64,000 nt of DNA, from contig OY762007.1 of assembly GCA_963665115.1 (NCBI GenBank), positions 6,208,001-6,272,000 of the forward strand. Reading direction: 5' to 3'. The DNA comes from an uncultured Rivularia sp. Lineage in GTDB: Bacteria > Cyanobacteriota > Cyanobacteriia > Cyanobacteriales > Nostocaceae. Positions 63,841 to 64,000 of this stretch are shown piece by piece. The notes under the pieces are model-generated. The model did not search any database. It saw only the letters and a list, made by a program, of their open reading frames with translations, and was not told the DNA's origin. Numbering within the stretch: the first letter of the stretch is position 1; the number at the start of each line of letters is the position of its first letter. The position numbers and the translations under genes were made by a program.

Positions 63841-64000
63841 CTAGCTGTATAAAGCATCATATTTACACCAATCGATTGCCTCTGGTAACTCTTGGCTATA
63901 TTCTTCAAAGCCTGTTTTAGAAATTTTCTTAGCAACGCGGGCTTTTTTTATTGCAACAGTAAGTTCTTGTTCTAATAGTGCAACCCGAGGTAATTCAAGA
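63841..64000 (-). CDS. 3' end of a CBS-CP12 paralog lacking the CP12 core (partial)
   Basis: Manual translation LELPRVALLEQELTVAIKKARVAKKISKTGFEEYSQELPEAIDWCKYDALYS* aligns with the C-terminus of 59005..59631. Confidence 0.75.
   Translation of the reverse strand, partial: LELPRVALLEQELTVAIKKARVAKKISKTGFEEYSQELPEAIDWCKYDALYS

Overview
AT-rich DNA from a cyanobacterium, probably a filamentous Nostocales/Rivulariaceae type (inferred from HIP1 GCGATCGC sites, heptamer STRR tracts, PsbU and CP12 genes). Most of the window looks like one co-regulated low-oxygen/dormancy-type island. It carries two USPs, Hsp20, an Acg-like nitroreductase, an Rv2004c-like kinase, PEP synthase, PfkA, pyruvate kinase, a GH65 phosphorylase/beta-PGM fusion, CBS-CP12, a persulfide dioxygenase plus rhodanese, a PsbU paralog and a full N-type ATPase gene set. 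The main hidden signal is an 18-bp direct-repeat box, consensus CCTCACAAnTTyCTCAmA (CTCA half-sites 11 bp apart), which I found by eye 20 times, always intergenic. In 19 of 20 copies a TA-starting -10-like hexamer follows after exactly 9 bp, and 19 of 20 point at the start of a gene or operon. This is PhoB/OmpR-type activator geometry. The island also encodes a single hybrid protein, REC-wHTH-HPt-REC-REC-PAS-GAF-PAS-HisKA-HATPase, whose last PAS resembles FixL/EcDOS heme-PAS domains. It is the obvious candidate sensor-regulator, so I infer a cyanobacterial functional analogue of the mycobacterial DosR regulon. Other observations are unannotated small ORFs, an Hsp20 with IF7-like repeats, an orphan promoter, gene remnants and three +1 homopolymer frameshifts. 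Family assignments come from motif recognition and memory; no searches were run.
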